Source: Fonticula alba ATCC 38817 (Eukaryota; Protista; Nucleariida). Taken from it: a DNA stretch of 63,846 nucleotides. Under the pieces are notes generated by a model. It was not told the DNA's origin. It made no database searches and saw nothing but the letters and a program-made list of their open reading frames with translations. The stretch's first letter is position 1. The number at the start of each line of letters is the position of its first letter. A program made the position numbers and the translations under genes. Shown here in pieces: positions 35,040-47,866 of the stretch. The stretch is from NCBI GenBank assembly GCA_000388065.2, contig KB932201.1; one strand, given 5' to 3'.

Positions 35040-38000
35040 ATGGCTTCGGCCATAGAGGCACCAGTCAAGCGGTCCACCGCGTCGCGCATCCGACGTCAAC
35101 ACTCCTTCGGCTCGGCGCACCCTTCCAAACCCGAGCCACCAGGCGTGGGCAACACCCCGGTGCTGGTGCGGCGGCGGCCCGGGCCTCTTCTTTCTTCTTT
35201 TTTTTTTGCCTGCCATCCACCCTTGTCGCCCGATGTCCTCGTGCCCGCCGCACGCCATCCTGACCCCAGGCTGTCCATGCATCCGGGCTTCAAGACCGCC
35301 CTCCCGGGGGCTTTCTCTTCGGCCACACTCCCGACGCGCGGGGTGTCCAGCCCAGCCCTCGGGGCGAGTGGCGTCGCGTCGCCGGTTCCGAAGGATGACC
35401 TGTCGCTGGGGCTCAGCCCGTCGGTGGGGCCGCAATCGGCGGCGGGCGATGCGTGCGCGGCAGCCGGCTCGGTGTCGCCGCTTCCCGGCGTCGGGGGGTT
35501 CCTCAGTCGCGAGGGGGCCGGGCTGCTGTCCCGGCGGATATCCCTCTCCCGCACCCGGGAGAAGACCCGGGGTCGGGCGCCGCCACCGCCGCCGCTGACC
35601 ATCACCCCTTTGCCCCCGGGGCCGGGGGCCGTGCAAGCGCCCCCGGCGCCGAGCCCGCCTTTGCCCGGGTGTGAGTGGCATGGTGCTGCTGCTGCTGCTA
35701 CGACGGCGGCGGTCGAGCCGCGCCCTCTCTTCGACTCCCTCTGCGGGGCGCTCTACCAGCTGGTGCTGCCGGTGTTTGCCGGGGCCGACATCACCCCCTC
35801 GCTGGGGGCCATTTCGGCGGTAGTCAGGTGCGCGAGAGACCCCTGCCGTACTAGCTTCGGCCAGGTGGCAAGGCTGGGTCCTCCGGGGGCCGGGCGTCGG
35901 GTCCTTTCCTTCGAGCCCCCTGCGAACGGGGTCACTGACTTGCTGGCTGACGATGGCGCGGCGCTCGTGGGCCGGCGTCATGGACAGTGACATCCAGGCG
36001 TCTGCCCCATCCTCGGAGGTGATCCAGCGCGAGGTCGAAGACCTGGCCAGTCGCGGGTGCTATCAGATGTTGGAGAACATCATGCACGCGGGCCGGGCCC
36101 TGCCGCTGCACTCGCTCTGCCTGTGCGAGGACCCGGGGGGGATTCGGTCGCCCCCGTCGCCGGCGCTGTCCATCTGTGAGCCCCCCTCGCTGGTGCCCAT
36201 CTACCAAGGCATGACCGAGCACCTGGCTCAGCGCGCCAGTGAGAAGGACCCCCGATCGGCCGGGCCCCGCCCGCTGCAGGTGCCCCTGCCTTCCAGCATC
36301 GACAGCATGCCCTCGCTGAGCCCCTGGGCCCAGGAGGGCTGTCGGGCCGACTCGCCAGGGACTCTGCCCGCCCTGGCGGCCCTTCTGCATGAACGGGACC
36401 TGGCTCGCCTGAGTGAGGCCCTTGCCCAGCGGTACCCGAGCGAGCCGCTCGACCTGGAGGGCCCGCCCACCGGGCCGGTGATCGACAGCGACGATGAGGA
36501 CTTCCCAAGCAAGTGCCCCTTGCCGGGTGTCGCCACAACCGAGGCGGATCTGCTGTGGTCGGCGGCGGCGGCGGCCGGGGCGCGCCGGTCCCGCGCGCCC
36601 GAGTGGACCGACGCCCGGATGCCGGTGGCCGCCGCCGCCGCCACCGCGGCTCCTGCTCCGCGCCTGCCGCCTCAGCAGCCGCCAAGCCCCTGGAGCACGT
36701 CCATGCCTCCGGAGTCCCTGCCGCCCCTGCTGGCGGTGCAGTCCTTCCTGCAGGGGGCACGCGACGACCTGGCAGCCGCGGCGGCCACGACCACCGCCCT
36801 GGGGGGCAGACACACGCCGATGCATGCGCCCTCGCCGGGCTTCGCCAGTCCCAGCGAGCCGAGCCCCCGCCAAATGCCCTTCCGAATGGCGCATCTCGAC
36901 TTGGCCCCATCGCCGGGCGGAGCCTCGAGCCCCGGGCCGCCGCTGTTGCTGCCACTGTGCCTGCCTGCACGCACCGGGGGGCATGTCCCGGCACCGGAGC
37001 CGCCCGCCGCGCACGATGGCAGCCGGCCATTGGCCACGGCCCGGGCCGAGGCCGGGCCGTCTACAGGCCCGGCCCCGAGGGACTTGGAGCCGGTCATCTT
37101 CCGACATGGCTTTGTCCCCGGGCGCCGGCAGATGTTGGTGTCCTTGGAGACGGCCCTCGGCGATGAGAAGCTCTCCCTGCTGGATCGCATGCGACTGGGT
37201 GGCCCGGCTGCCGGGCCATCGGCCACCGGGGCCCCGGATCCCGGCCATGGGCGTTCGCAATCGACCCCGGCAGGCCGGGCAGCCCGGCGGACCTCGCTCG
37301 GCATGGACCAGCAGCCAGCCTGGGGCTCGCGCACGCCGACCCTGAGCATGCTGCGTGCGGGGTCGGTCACGCACCCGGCTCGCACCATGGGCGTCACCGG
37401 CCACGGGCAGGACCGGCGCTCGGCCGGGGCCTGGCACACGCCCATCGTCACGCTGGGGTGCTTGGACCCGCCGGGAGCCGGGGCCCTGGCTCCGGCCGTA
37501 TGCCCCAGCCTCCTTGGGCGCCTGGCGTCTCCCTGCCCGGACCCGGGCCAGCTGCTGCTCACCTTTGCCGATATCCTGGACCACCTGATCGAGAGCATTG
37601 CCCCGACCCTGGAAGTGGCCCTGCAGCCGCTGCTGGCTGGGGCGGGCCCGAAAAGGGTCCATGCCGGCGGGCCGATGCGCGGCCGGCCATCGACCAGCCC
37701 GCGCGCGGCCCTCATTGCGGCCTTCCGCCGGCACTTTCTCCTCCCCCTGTCGCCCTTCCTGGTGGAGGCGGCAGTGGCGGTGTTTGGCCAGGGAAGGCCC
37801 CGGGCGGCGGTGGCCACGTCCGGCGCCGGCGCCGGCGCCCGGGCCGGCGATGCCGCGCCACCGCCACCACCACCACCACTAGGCCCCGGGCACCGGATGC
37901 CGGGACATGGATCCCCGGCGGCTGGCGGGCAGCCGGCCGGCGGCCTGGCCGGGGTGATGCGCCGCCGGCGGCTGGACCCGGCCGGCGTGCGCGGGGCCCT

Positions 38001-38232
38001 GGCGCGCTCGGCCGGCGCTGGATCCGGCCAAGCAGCCGCCTTTGCTGTGGCCCTGCGAATTCGGCGAGGGCTGTCGCGCTTGCGCGTGCTCGGCCATGAG
38101 CAGCCTCTGCTGGAGATCGGGGCTCTGGGATATGTCCTGACGGGCGGCTGGCGCCGGAGTGCCGACCGTGTGGAGTGCCTGCTTTCGGCCCTGGCGGACA
38201 ATTACTACTCCTCCTCGACAATGGTCCGGTGA
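35040..38232 (+). CDS. HbrB-like (Bit61/PRR5/Protor, TORC2-associated) protein with large low-complexity insertions; exons 35040-35827, 35988-38232 (about 1010 aa; start codon uncertain)
   Basis: Intron AG|GTGCGC...CTGAC...GACAG joins the two overlapping ORFs in frame. Segments LYQLVLPVFAGADITPSL.AISAVV, EVEDLASRGCYQML, LLLTFADILDHLIESIAPTLEVALQPL and RAALIAAFRRHFLLPLSPFL occur in the order expected for the HbrB domain. Confidence 0.58.
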
Positions 38233-39744
38233 AGGGGCCCCGCCCATGTGCTCGGCGATGGCCCCGGCGGCCAGGCCCGAGGCGGGAGGGTCATTGCCGT
38301 TGTTGCCCGCTCGCCACGGGGCCGTCTCGCGGTGTTGGGCACCGGCCCGCGAGGGCGCGGGGGGAGGGGGGCGGGCCGGGGGGTGAGAAATAGACCAGCG
38401 CATTCCTGAGAAAAGGCCGCCCTCGAGCCCACGGTGATTGTGGATAACCATGGCGATCAGTGCCAACGAATGGGTGTGGAGCGCCCGGGGATCTGCAAAA
38501 GCCGCCCCTGCAGAACCGGCCCCCTGCCGCCCCCCCGTGGGCGGACGGCGCGGTCCGAGAGGGAGAATGGGCAGTGCGGCCTCGCCCCGGGCGGGGGACA
38601 CAAAGAGGGGAGGGCCTCAAGGCGCATCTTCGCCTCGGCCGTTGCGGGCACCGGCCGGGTCCGGCCGACAGATGTGGCGCGGTGCTCACGAGCTCCCACG
38701 TCGGCTGGGCCGGGGCCTGTAATTAAAGGTGGCGTCTTGGCGCCGCAAAGGCGGCGACAGCGGCGGCAGTCCGCGCTGGCGGCCCGCGCACGCACTCACA
38801 TTGCGCCGGGGGCGCGCCCCCCTGTGTGGGGCCCACGCACGCCCCCCCCCCCCCCCCCATGCCCAGGGATGGGGCGCCGACCGGGAGGGGGGGGGGGGAA
38901 TATTGCGTGAGTGGCACTGTCGCTTGAATAGGCTGAGGGCGTCCGCCCCGGCCGCCCGAGGATCGGGGGCGTGGGGGCATGACAAGGGCTGGCTGTGGCT
39001 GGGGCGCTCGACGTCTCAAGCGCCGGCGGGCGGGAGCAGGGCGCCAGCCGGAGGGTCCAACGAGATCAGCCTGCCATGGGTATGTCAGCACCTGGGATGT
39101 GTGTATGTGGGTGCGTGTGTGTCTGTGTGTGTGCGGGGGGGGGGGGGGGATATGCCGGACAGGGCTCCCCCCCCTGCCTGACAGCGGCCAGTGAGCAAGG
39201 GCTCGCTCTCTGGGCGACCGCTTTCATGGGGGACAACGGAGGACAAAGGGGCGCGCTGGGCGTTCGCCCCTGGGTGCGTTGGCCAGGCCCGGGGCCGGTC
39301 AAAGGCTCTGCTCCGCCCTGCTTCCTGAAGAGGACCCGTTCAAGCACTTGTCCCCTTGCCTGCCTGGTCTTGCACGCGCCAGCCAGCTGGCCCCATGGCC
39401 CTCGAAGGGGGGGGGGGGGGGGCGCGCCGTGTCAGCGTGGTGATCGTGATCGAAACGGCGCCCCGGGCCGGTATATGTGCTGGGTGCCGTGTGCTTTGTG
39501 CGTGCGTCGGCGCCTGAACGCATGCCTGGGTGGGCCACGAAAAGGGGCCGACCGCGCCACGGCGGCTTGACCCCGGGGGAGGGGGGAGGGCGAACGCGAT
39601 GGGGCGTGCCCTCGGGCCGCGAGTCAGTGTCCCCCGCTTTCTCGGGGCGTCCGCGCGCCTTCCCGGGCCATCCTTCAGGGGAGTTGCCAGTGACCAACGC
39701 GGGTGGGGCCTGCCAGGCGGGCAAGGGCCAGCGGGAGCGGGGGG

Positions 39745-39778
39745 CGAGAGAGGGGGCGTGAGGCGCTTCCTGGTGTGG
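39745..39778 (+). repeat. 34-bp direct repeat, copy 1 (cgagagagggggcgtgaggcgcttcctggtgtgg)
   Basis: Identical to 40875-40908; runs into the N gap. Confidence 0.9.
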
Positions 39779-39864
39779 NNNNNNNNNNNNNNNNNNNNNN
39801 NNNNNNNNNNNNNNNNNNNNNNNNNNNNNNNNNNNNNNNNNNNNNNNNNNNNNNNNNNNNNNNN
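39779..39864. other. Assembly gap (N run)
   Basis: N bases. Confidence 0.99.
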
Positions 39865-39926
<62 letters not shown>

Positions 39927-40018
39927 TGTGTGTGTGTGTGTGTCTGTGTGTGTGTGTGTCTGTGTGTGTGTGTGCGTCTGTGTGTGTGTGTCTGTGCGTG
40001 TGTGTCTGTGTGTGTGCG
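39865..40018 (+). repeat. Compound (TG)n microsatellite
   Basis: About 150 bp of TG repeats with TC/CG interruptions. Confidence 0.95.
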
Positions 40019-40050
40019 TTGCTCCAGGGGGCAGGGGGAGGGCGGCGTAC

Positions 40051-40631
40051 CGCGGCCGGGGCCTTGCGCAGGCCGGCGCCGGCCCGCGCATCCAGAGCCG
40101 ACTGGGTGCCGAGGGTGCGCGCGAGGTCGATGCCCACGCAGGTGTCCGGCCAGTTGTCGGCCGGCGAGATGACCAGCACTGCCATGCGTCCAGCGACAGG
40201 CCGGCGGAGGGGGAGGGGGGGGGGACAGGGCAAGACAAGGCAAGGTGTGAGCCAGCGGCGGCAGACCCGGGCAAAGGGGGCCAGGCAGGCGTACCGCTGT
40301 CGCTGCGGGCGTCCACCAGGTAGCAGGACATGTCGCCGGCGGCCGGCGGGTCCTTCGGGGGGGCGGCCCCGGCGGCCGGCGGCTCGGCCAGCAGGCGAAT
40401 CTCCCGGGCGATGCGCTCGGCCAGCAGGTCCGCCAGCGGCAGGGGGACCACCGTGCCGACGCACGGCCCGACCGCCAACGAGGTGCGGTTCTGGTGCATG
40501 CGCTCGCCGCGACCGGCCCCGCTGGGCTGCTGGTCCGGCACCGGCTGCAGCAGGACGTAGTATGTGAAGGCGGCATAGGCCACAAAGTGCGCCAGCAGGG
40601 GCCACGGCCGGGTGTAGTATGGCAGTGTCAT
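40051..40631 (-). CDS. Small orphan protein with an N-terminal hydrophobic helix; exons 40631-40295, 40178-40051; 3' end unresolved (microsatellite and gap)
   Basis: MTLPYYTRPWPLLAHFVAYAAFTYYVLLQP...DARSDS|VLVISPADNWPDTCVGIDLARTLGTQSALD...; GC3-biased codons, two GTACGC donors and a CAG acceptor in frame. Confidence 0.55.
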
Positions 40632-40874
40632 GGCCGTGCACCGGGGATGGGCCGTGCGAGGGGGAGAGCGCGCGCGCGCGCCGGCGGGACGAGCGGCCGG
40701 GGGTAGCGAGGAAGCGAGGAGGGGGAGTGGGGGGGGGGGGGAGGAGATGCGTGTGGGCGCTAATTGGGCGCGGACAGGCGCAAGGGCGGACGACCGGGCC
40801 GAGGAGGGGCGGCGACGTGCAGAGGCGAGCAGCGACGAGGGGCGGAGGCGTGGAACGGGAGGCGAAGCGTGGGA

Positions 40875-40908
40875 CGAGAGAGGGGGCGTGAGGCGCTTCC
40901 TGGTGTGG
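40875..40908 (+). repeat. 34-bp direct repeat, copy 2
   Basis: Identical to 39745-39778. Confidence 0.9.
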
Positions 40909-41947
40909 GAGGGCATGGGCCTGGCGCGAGGTCCCGCTTAAAGCAGCCCGGGCCAGCCTCGGGCCCGGCGCCCTGGGGCCTCCCTGTGGGGGGGTGGGGG
41001 GGGGGCAGTCTCCTCGGCCAGGGCCGAGGCCAGGCCCCGATGCGGGGGGGGGGGCCTGCGGGGGGGGGGGGGGGGCGGGGCGGGGGCGGTTGTCCAGACG
41101 GGACCCTGCTTCTCTTTTCGAGGCAGAGCACACGCTCGGCCGAAGGCGCCCAAGAACACCCGCTTGAGGGGGCGGGCGCAGGCACGCCAGGCGCGTTTTG
41201 CCCCAGGCGTGTGGGCCGGAGAACGCCTCCACAGGTGCACCTCCACCAATGTCAGCTGGAAAGGGCGCAAGGCCCGGGGGCCGGGGGCCTGGGGAGGCGG
41301 GGCCGGCCGGCTCCGACGGAACGTGGCGTCCGTGCATGCCAGCGTCCAACGGGCATTCGCGCCCCGAGGGGCCGATCGTGCGTGCGTGTGTGTATCAGGG
41401 GCGGGGTCTCTCCCTCGGTCTCTCCGGGACTTTGGGGCTCTCTCTCTCTCTCAGGAGGCGTGCATGCCGCATGCTGGGCAGGGGTGTTGGTTGATACAGC
41501 ATGTGCGAGGGTGGGGGGTCAGGGCTACGGGTGCGCTGCCCGGCACCGAGGATCTCGCTGTGCCCCCCCCCCCCCCCCCCGCCGCCCCGCGCCACAGGGG
41601 GCGGCGGGGCCGGCATCCCGGACTTAGACATGATTGTCAAAGTTCAGGTTCCCCCGGCCCGGCCGCCGCTTCTTTCAGGTCGTCTTCTTCTCGGCGCCCT
41701 TCCTCTCTCCCTCGCCCTTTGTGAGCCCCACGAGTTGCTCCCCTCGCGACCACGGGGTCCGGCGCTCTACCGACCTCCGGGTCTGGCTCCAGGGCCCACC
41801 TGGGTCGGGCGGGGAGCAACTCGAGCATCAGCCGCTGCGGCTGGTCGTACGGTTGTGTTGGCACAAAGTCCCACCACGGGGGGCAGCAGCAGCAGCAGCA
41901 GCAGCAGCGAAGTGCAGAGAAGGGGGCGGGTGCCCGGTCTGGCCGGC

Positions 41948-41948
41948 G

Positions 41949-41989
<41 letters not shown>
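41948..41989 (+). repeat. (GGCT)n tetranucleotide microsatellite
   Basis: Direct reading; the complementary (CAGC)n motif also occurs near 57987-58035. Confidence 0.85.
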
Positions 41990-41992
<3 letters not shown>

Positions 41993-42952
41993 ACTATTGC
42001 TGCTGTATCTGCCCCCTCGGCTGCCACCCCCCGCTCACTTCGGGGCGCTCCAGGGCGGGGCCCAATTCGTTGGCGCCCACGATCGGCCGACCCCCCTCTT
42101 GACCACCCGTGGGCAAGGGAGCTGCGGGGGCTGGGGGGATGTAATCCATCGCGCGCGCGCGCGCGCGCGGGGGGCACAGATGCACTCCCCGCCCACACAC
42201 ACAGGCACACATGCACCTGAGAGAGAGAGAGAGAGAGAGAGAGGGAGCGAAAGGGCAAACCGGGGATGCCCAGGGGGGCGGGAAGAAAGCCGGCCATCCC
42301 CCCATCCACGCGGCATGGGTTTCTACTGTTCGTCGAGGCGGTTCCTTTGTCACTTTGGCAGGGTCTCTCGCTTGGGCCGGGATTCGCCCGCTCCCCCTGG
42401 GATGGCCGCGAGTGCCTCCCCCCTCCGCACATCTCTCACGCCCACGCCCTCGAAAGGTGGGCCAGACTGATCAGCGCCGCCCGTCGGGACTGGGCAAGTA
42501 CTCCCGGCAAGATACCTTCCCCTGCCCTTCCCCCCCCCCTCCCCCTCCCCCGCCTCCCTCCTCCGCCTCCCCTCTCCCCCGCCTCCCCTCTCCCACGCCC
42601 GGTCATCCCCACCCCCACCTCCTGCTGGCGTCCTTCTCTGGGAGCCTGAGCGTGCGCACGGTCCCCCTTCCCCTTGTACACATATCCCCCACCCCTCGCG
42701 GTCCTCCCTGCCTGCCACACTCCTCCTCCCGCCTGCATCTCCTCTTGCTTGCCCCTCGGATTTCCTGCGCTGCCGGGCACGGCCCCCGGCTGGCATCACG
42801 CACACGCACCCCTCGCGCCTGTCCCCCTTTTCCCTCTCCCTCGGCCGGTGTCTCGCATATCGGCTGTGCGTGCGCGCCCCTGCGCGCGCCCTCCCTCTGT
42901 CCACGTCGTTTCCGGGCCCGGCAAGTGATCTTCACGACCCGCATGTCTAGCC

Positions 42953-45900
42953 ATGTCTGATGATGCCTGCATTTCCGCGCCTGGCTACCAGCAGGCTCCC
43001 CTGTGTGCGTCCCTCCACGGCCGCCCTCTCTCCTCCTCGATCCCCCGCCAGGGCCCCCCTCCCTCCCTCGCTCGCCGCCGATGCTCGATGATGGCACGTC
43101 CTCCTGACACCCTCACCCATATGCGGGGCCCCCACTCGCAGCGCGTCCCCACCAGACTGGCCTCCCGCCACCCATCTCCCAGCTTCGCCTGGTGTCGGTC
43201 TTTCAGACCCTGGACAATCCGAGCCTGCACTTCCATGCCGGCCTGACAGGGACGCCCGGGCTTCGGCGGCCGAGCTGCGACTCGCTGGCCGACCAGACCC
43301 CGGCCATCTCCCTCGAGATGGTGTCCCTGTCGACGACCGATTCCCCGCGTCTGGCTCCGGTTAGCAGCTCCAACCGGGCCCTGCTGGCCGTCACCCAGTC
43401 CCCGCGGTCGGCCTTGCTTTCGGTGGTCATGGACCCGGTGACCAGGCGGCCGCGATCGCACTCCACCGGAAATGGCGGGCGGGCCGGGGCACCGCCCCCG
43501 CCATCCGCCCCGGCCGGGCCCCGGCGCTCCCAATCGGAGGGCTCCCTCCCCCTCCCGGGCGCCGGGTCAACCACCGCCACCGCCACCACCACCACCACCA
43601 CCACCGGAAGCCGCATCCACCTGGTTCCATCGGAGTCCCTGCGGACACTGCTTCACCAGTCAGTCAACCCCGCCGACTCGCAGCTGACCATCTGCCCTCC
43701 AGGAGCCCGGGACTTCGGGAGCAGCCTTTCTCTGGGGCCATCCGACGGGGACGATCTCCGACACGCGTCCCGGGCCGACGCAATCCCCGCGATGGATGCG
43801 GGCCCGGGATCACTGGCCACCCCGGCCGGGGCCCCGCTCGCTGGCATCCGGTTGCACCGGCCGCTTCCCCAGGGGTCAGCCGAGACATTGGTGGGCTCTT
43901 CGGACAACGGCCTCCGGTATTACGCCCAGTACCTGGGGCATCCCCACCTGCATGAGTCCCAGCAGCACTTCGGCCAGCCCAACCCCGAGGATGACACCGC
44001 CATTGCCGCCATCCAGCTGACCCCCGTGTCCACGGAGCAGCTGCATCACCTGCTGGCCAACCGCCCGACCGAGGGGGACCAGCGCCTGTTCATTTCGCCG
44101 GCCGACCGTCGGCGAGGCTCGCTCTTTTTCTGCCGGCAGCAGGTGGACTTCGACCATTCATCCGGGCTACAGCCATCCCTCCTGAGCCTGTATTACCGCC
44201 AGGCGGCCCGGGCGGAAACCCTGGTGGCCGGGTTCGACCCTCGCGGCTCGCCGCTCGGGGGAGTGTCTACCCCGGCATATGGCGGGCCCCGGTGTGTGGT
44301 CACTCCTCCGGCCCTGCGCGATGAGCCCGAGGTCGACGTCCGGGTGACGCGCTTCGCCGGGGCACCCTCGGAAGATGACCCGATGGTCGACATGGCGGCC
44401 ACCATCATCCCCGGCGGCATGTGGCCGGCTCAGGCTCCCCCCCCCTCCGGGGGGGATGGCTCCTCAAAGGACCACGGCCCCGCGCAGCCGGAGGGCCTGG
44501 TGCTGCCGGTGCCCCCGACGCTGGTGCCTACCGCCATCCCTCCGCGACTTTTGCCGGTAGCTCCCTCGCGAGCCGGCAGCACCATGGGGCACTCGTCTTC
44601 CGGCGAGGCGCTGGAGGACTCCTTCGGCTTTCTGTCAGCTTCGGATGATGGGCTAACCTTGACGTCCGATTCGTCGCTCCTCTTTACGGATCTCCTGCCT
44701 TTGGAGGGGTCCGGCGCCGATGTGGATCCGGTCCCGGCGGTTCGCCAGTTCCAGCGCACCCTGCATTTGGCCCGGAGTGGCCTCCTCCAGGGGAGTCCCG
44801 GGAGCTTGAACATCGACTCGGATGGCAGCCTGACGCCGACGTCACCGGCGTCGCCCATGTTGCCGCAGGTGCCGCACGGTGGCGCCATGCTGACCACCAG
44901 CGCCTCGGAGCTTCGTGCTCCGGGCATGCGGCCGGAGCCGGTGACCGCCGTGTCGGCCGTGTCGGGCGCCTCGGCCGCCGCGTCGATGCCCGGCCCCTTT
45001 CTGCTGACCTCGCGATTGGGGGAGCTGGTGAATGAGACCCCGGCTGACAGCCCGATTGAGGATGTCTCGCGCCAGCGGCCGGCTGATCGGCGCCCCCGGG
45101 CGGGGCCCCTCTCGCCGCTGCAAAGCACCCAGCCGGCTGCCAAGGATGCTGTCCCGTCCCCGAGCTTGCTGGTGCTGACACAGCCCACGCGCTGTGCGTC
45201 TCTGCAGGATGAAGAACTCTTTGGGGTCGAGCCGGCTCCCCTGACCGGGTACGATCCCCTGCGCACGGTGTTCGCCTTGCCGGACCCGGGGGATTTGCTG
45301 GCAACCGCCACTCCGGTGGCCATGTCGCCGATGTCGCCGACGGCCGTGCACTCCGATGCTCGGAGTACATACTCCACCGCCACCACCGCCACCGAGCACA
45401 GCGGTGCCGGCGGCAGCCACTATTCGCTGCTCATCGGTGAGACCGGGCCCGATGAGATGGCCCTCCCCTCGAGCTCAACCTCACACGACTTGATCCTGGC
45501 GCCGCCTGCCGGCCTCCGGTCACCGGGCATCGGGACCAAGCCGGCCACCCGGCCGCCGACCACCCGGCCTCCCGGCGAGGACCATGGTGCTGCTCTCCAC
45601 CGGGGTGGCGCTGAAGCGGGCGGCGGCGGCGGCGGCCCCTCTCTTCTCCGGTCGAAGTCTCTCGGCCAAGCGGCTGGCGGCGGGGGGGCCGGCATGCCGG
45701 GCGACCGCTCGGCCGCCACCGCCGCCCCTGCCACCGCCACCAGCAGCAAGGCCTGGAGCGCGGGTGTCCAGCCGAGCCCCAAAAGCCGGCGCTCCTCCAC
45801 TTGGTCCGTGCAGGACCTTTCAGACCAGGCGTGCCAGTGCCCGACGCCGATCCCCCTGCAGACCGATCTGCTGTTCAACTATCATCAGCAGCACAACACC

Positions 45901-46488
45901 GCCAGCGCGGGTGGTGGGGGCCCGGCCGCCGCCAGCCCAGCCCCCGGCCCGCCGCCGGCCACCCGCCCGGATGATTTGCCCCCTGCGACTGGTCGGCTGC
46001 TGGGGGCCAGCGCCAGCACCGGCTCGCTGACCCTCCGTCGGCGATCGGCCGACCCGTCGGCCGGGCCTGCCGCCATGGCCGGCCTCCCGGCTGCCAGAGC
46101 AGCCGGCGGCCAGTGCTGCATCTGTCTCGGGACCATTCTCCCGACTCCGCGAACTGATGGGCATCCCCTGGCGCACCTTTCGGAGGGTGCTTCCGTTGGT
46201 AGCAAGTACACCCTTCGCCGGCGTCGGCGTGAAAGCCTCCTTTCCGGGGCGGCGGGGACCCACGCTTCCGGGGGGCTGTCGCTCGACGGGTCGGACTTGG
46301 ACTTGACCGGTGTCGGCGATCCAACCGGGCGGCGCTACAGCAGCCGCCGGGGCTCGCTGACGGGGCTGTCCCCTGATCCGGACCTAGACACCGGATCATC
46401 CGACGACTCGGGCGATCTGTCTTCTGGCGACAAGCCGAAAATGTTGCGCCGCCTGGCCAAGCGCATGTCCGTCCTGCTGAAGATGTAG
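42953..46488 (+). CDS. Large orphan S/T/P/G-rich, largely disordered protein; probable exons 42953-43004, 43142-46488 (about 1132 aa)
   Basis: 3.3-kb stop-free, codon-biased ORF; upstream ATG exon ends at CTG T|GTGCGT and joins in frame at GCAG 43141. No domain recognised; the first exon is inferred. Confidence 0.8.
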
Positions 46489-47866
46489 CGCGCACGCACA
46501 CGCACACACAGACACATGGGTAGATGTATTGCCATGATGCCGGGGCGACTGGGGCCAAAAAAAAAAACCCGGGGTAGCGGGACCAGAAGGAAGTCCCAGG
46601 CGCACGCAGTGTGGCACCTGTTTCTCTTTCGCCCCCCCCCCCCCCCCCCCTCGTTCCTCACTCACCTCCCCCGCGAGTGCCCCTCTCCAGCACACAGATG
46701 CACGTGCGTGCGTGCGTGTGTGTGTGTGCGCGCGCGCGCGTATACATACATGAGCGAGGGCGAGCGCGCGCACATGTGCGCATTTATTTTGCCCCAGGCT
46801 CCTGCAACCGCCGAGATTGGCCACGCGCCCTCCTCTGTGCGAGATGATACTCCCACAGAGGGGGAGATAGAAAGCAAGGGCGGCCCAAGGCCTGGGCAGA
46901 ATATTTGCCTGGGAATGAGAGCCCGCTCGCGTGCTCTCCCCCCGCTCCCTCGCCCCTTTTTTCCCAGCTACATGTATTTTTATCCCCCCCCCCCCTCCCC
47001 CCTCCTGCGACCCTTACTGTACAATATATTTTCTGTATCCACTGAATCGCGCTGCTTTCCCCTCTCCATCCGGTGTTGCTTCTCCCCCTCCACCACCCCA
47101 TAAAAATCTGACCCTCGTGTTTGAGGGGCCATCAAAAAATGGGGCAGCACCGCACTTTCCCCCCCCCCCCCCCCTCACTACGGAGGGCTAGAAAATATGC
47201 GGAAAATAGCGGGAAGGCGGAGGGGTCTCCTGCGCAGCAAGAACGTGTTCTCAACAGGAGGGGACAACAGTAGATGGAATTCGCACGTGTCTACATTGGG
47301 GGCCGGTGTTGTGCGGCGGCGAGCTGCGAGGGGCGAGAGGGAGGGAAAGGGAGGGAGAGTGGCAGGTGCACAGGCATGCACTGGATATTGGCGGCGCGCG
47401 CCTGTGCTCCCTCTTGCCGATGTCCCCCCTCGGCAGCATGCGCAGCGGGGGCCGGGTATTTTCTCAGAAAAAAACAGGGAGGTCGCGGAGGAGGAGGAGG
47501 AGGGTGGGGGTGCACGAGCGGTTGGCTGAAATAACTGATTCGAGCCGTACGCCAGCGCATTGGCACAGAAGAGAGAGAGAGAGAGGGAATAATATACAGA
47601 GGGAGATATGCCGGGTCGCGGAGAGGAAGGGAGTGGAGAGGAAGGGGGTAATATACAGTCACCAGTCACCAGTCGCCAGTCGATCGGGAGGGGGGGGGGG
47701 AGGAGGGAGGGGAGCAGGAGATGACATGGTGCTATGTGCTGCGGTATGCGCGCACAAGCCACCAGTGCGCCTGACGGATGTTTCGTCTGCATCCCTCTCT
47801 CTTGGAGAAGGGAGAGGAGGGGGAGCAGGGAAGCGGGGGAGGGGAAGCGGAACAGACAACACATGC

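Noticed and set aside
35953-35990. Overlapping ORFs suggesting a programmed frameshift or UGA readthrough
   Set aside because: Explained by an ordinary intron 35828-35987 with donor, branch point and acceptor.
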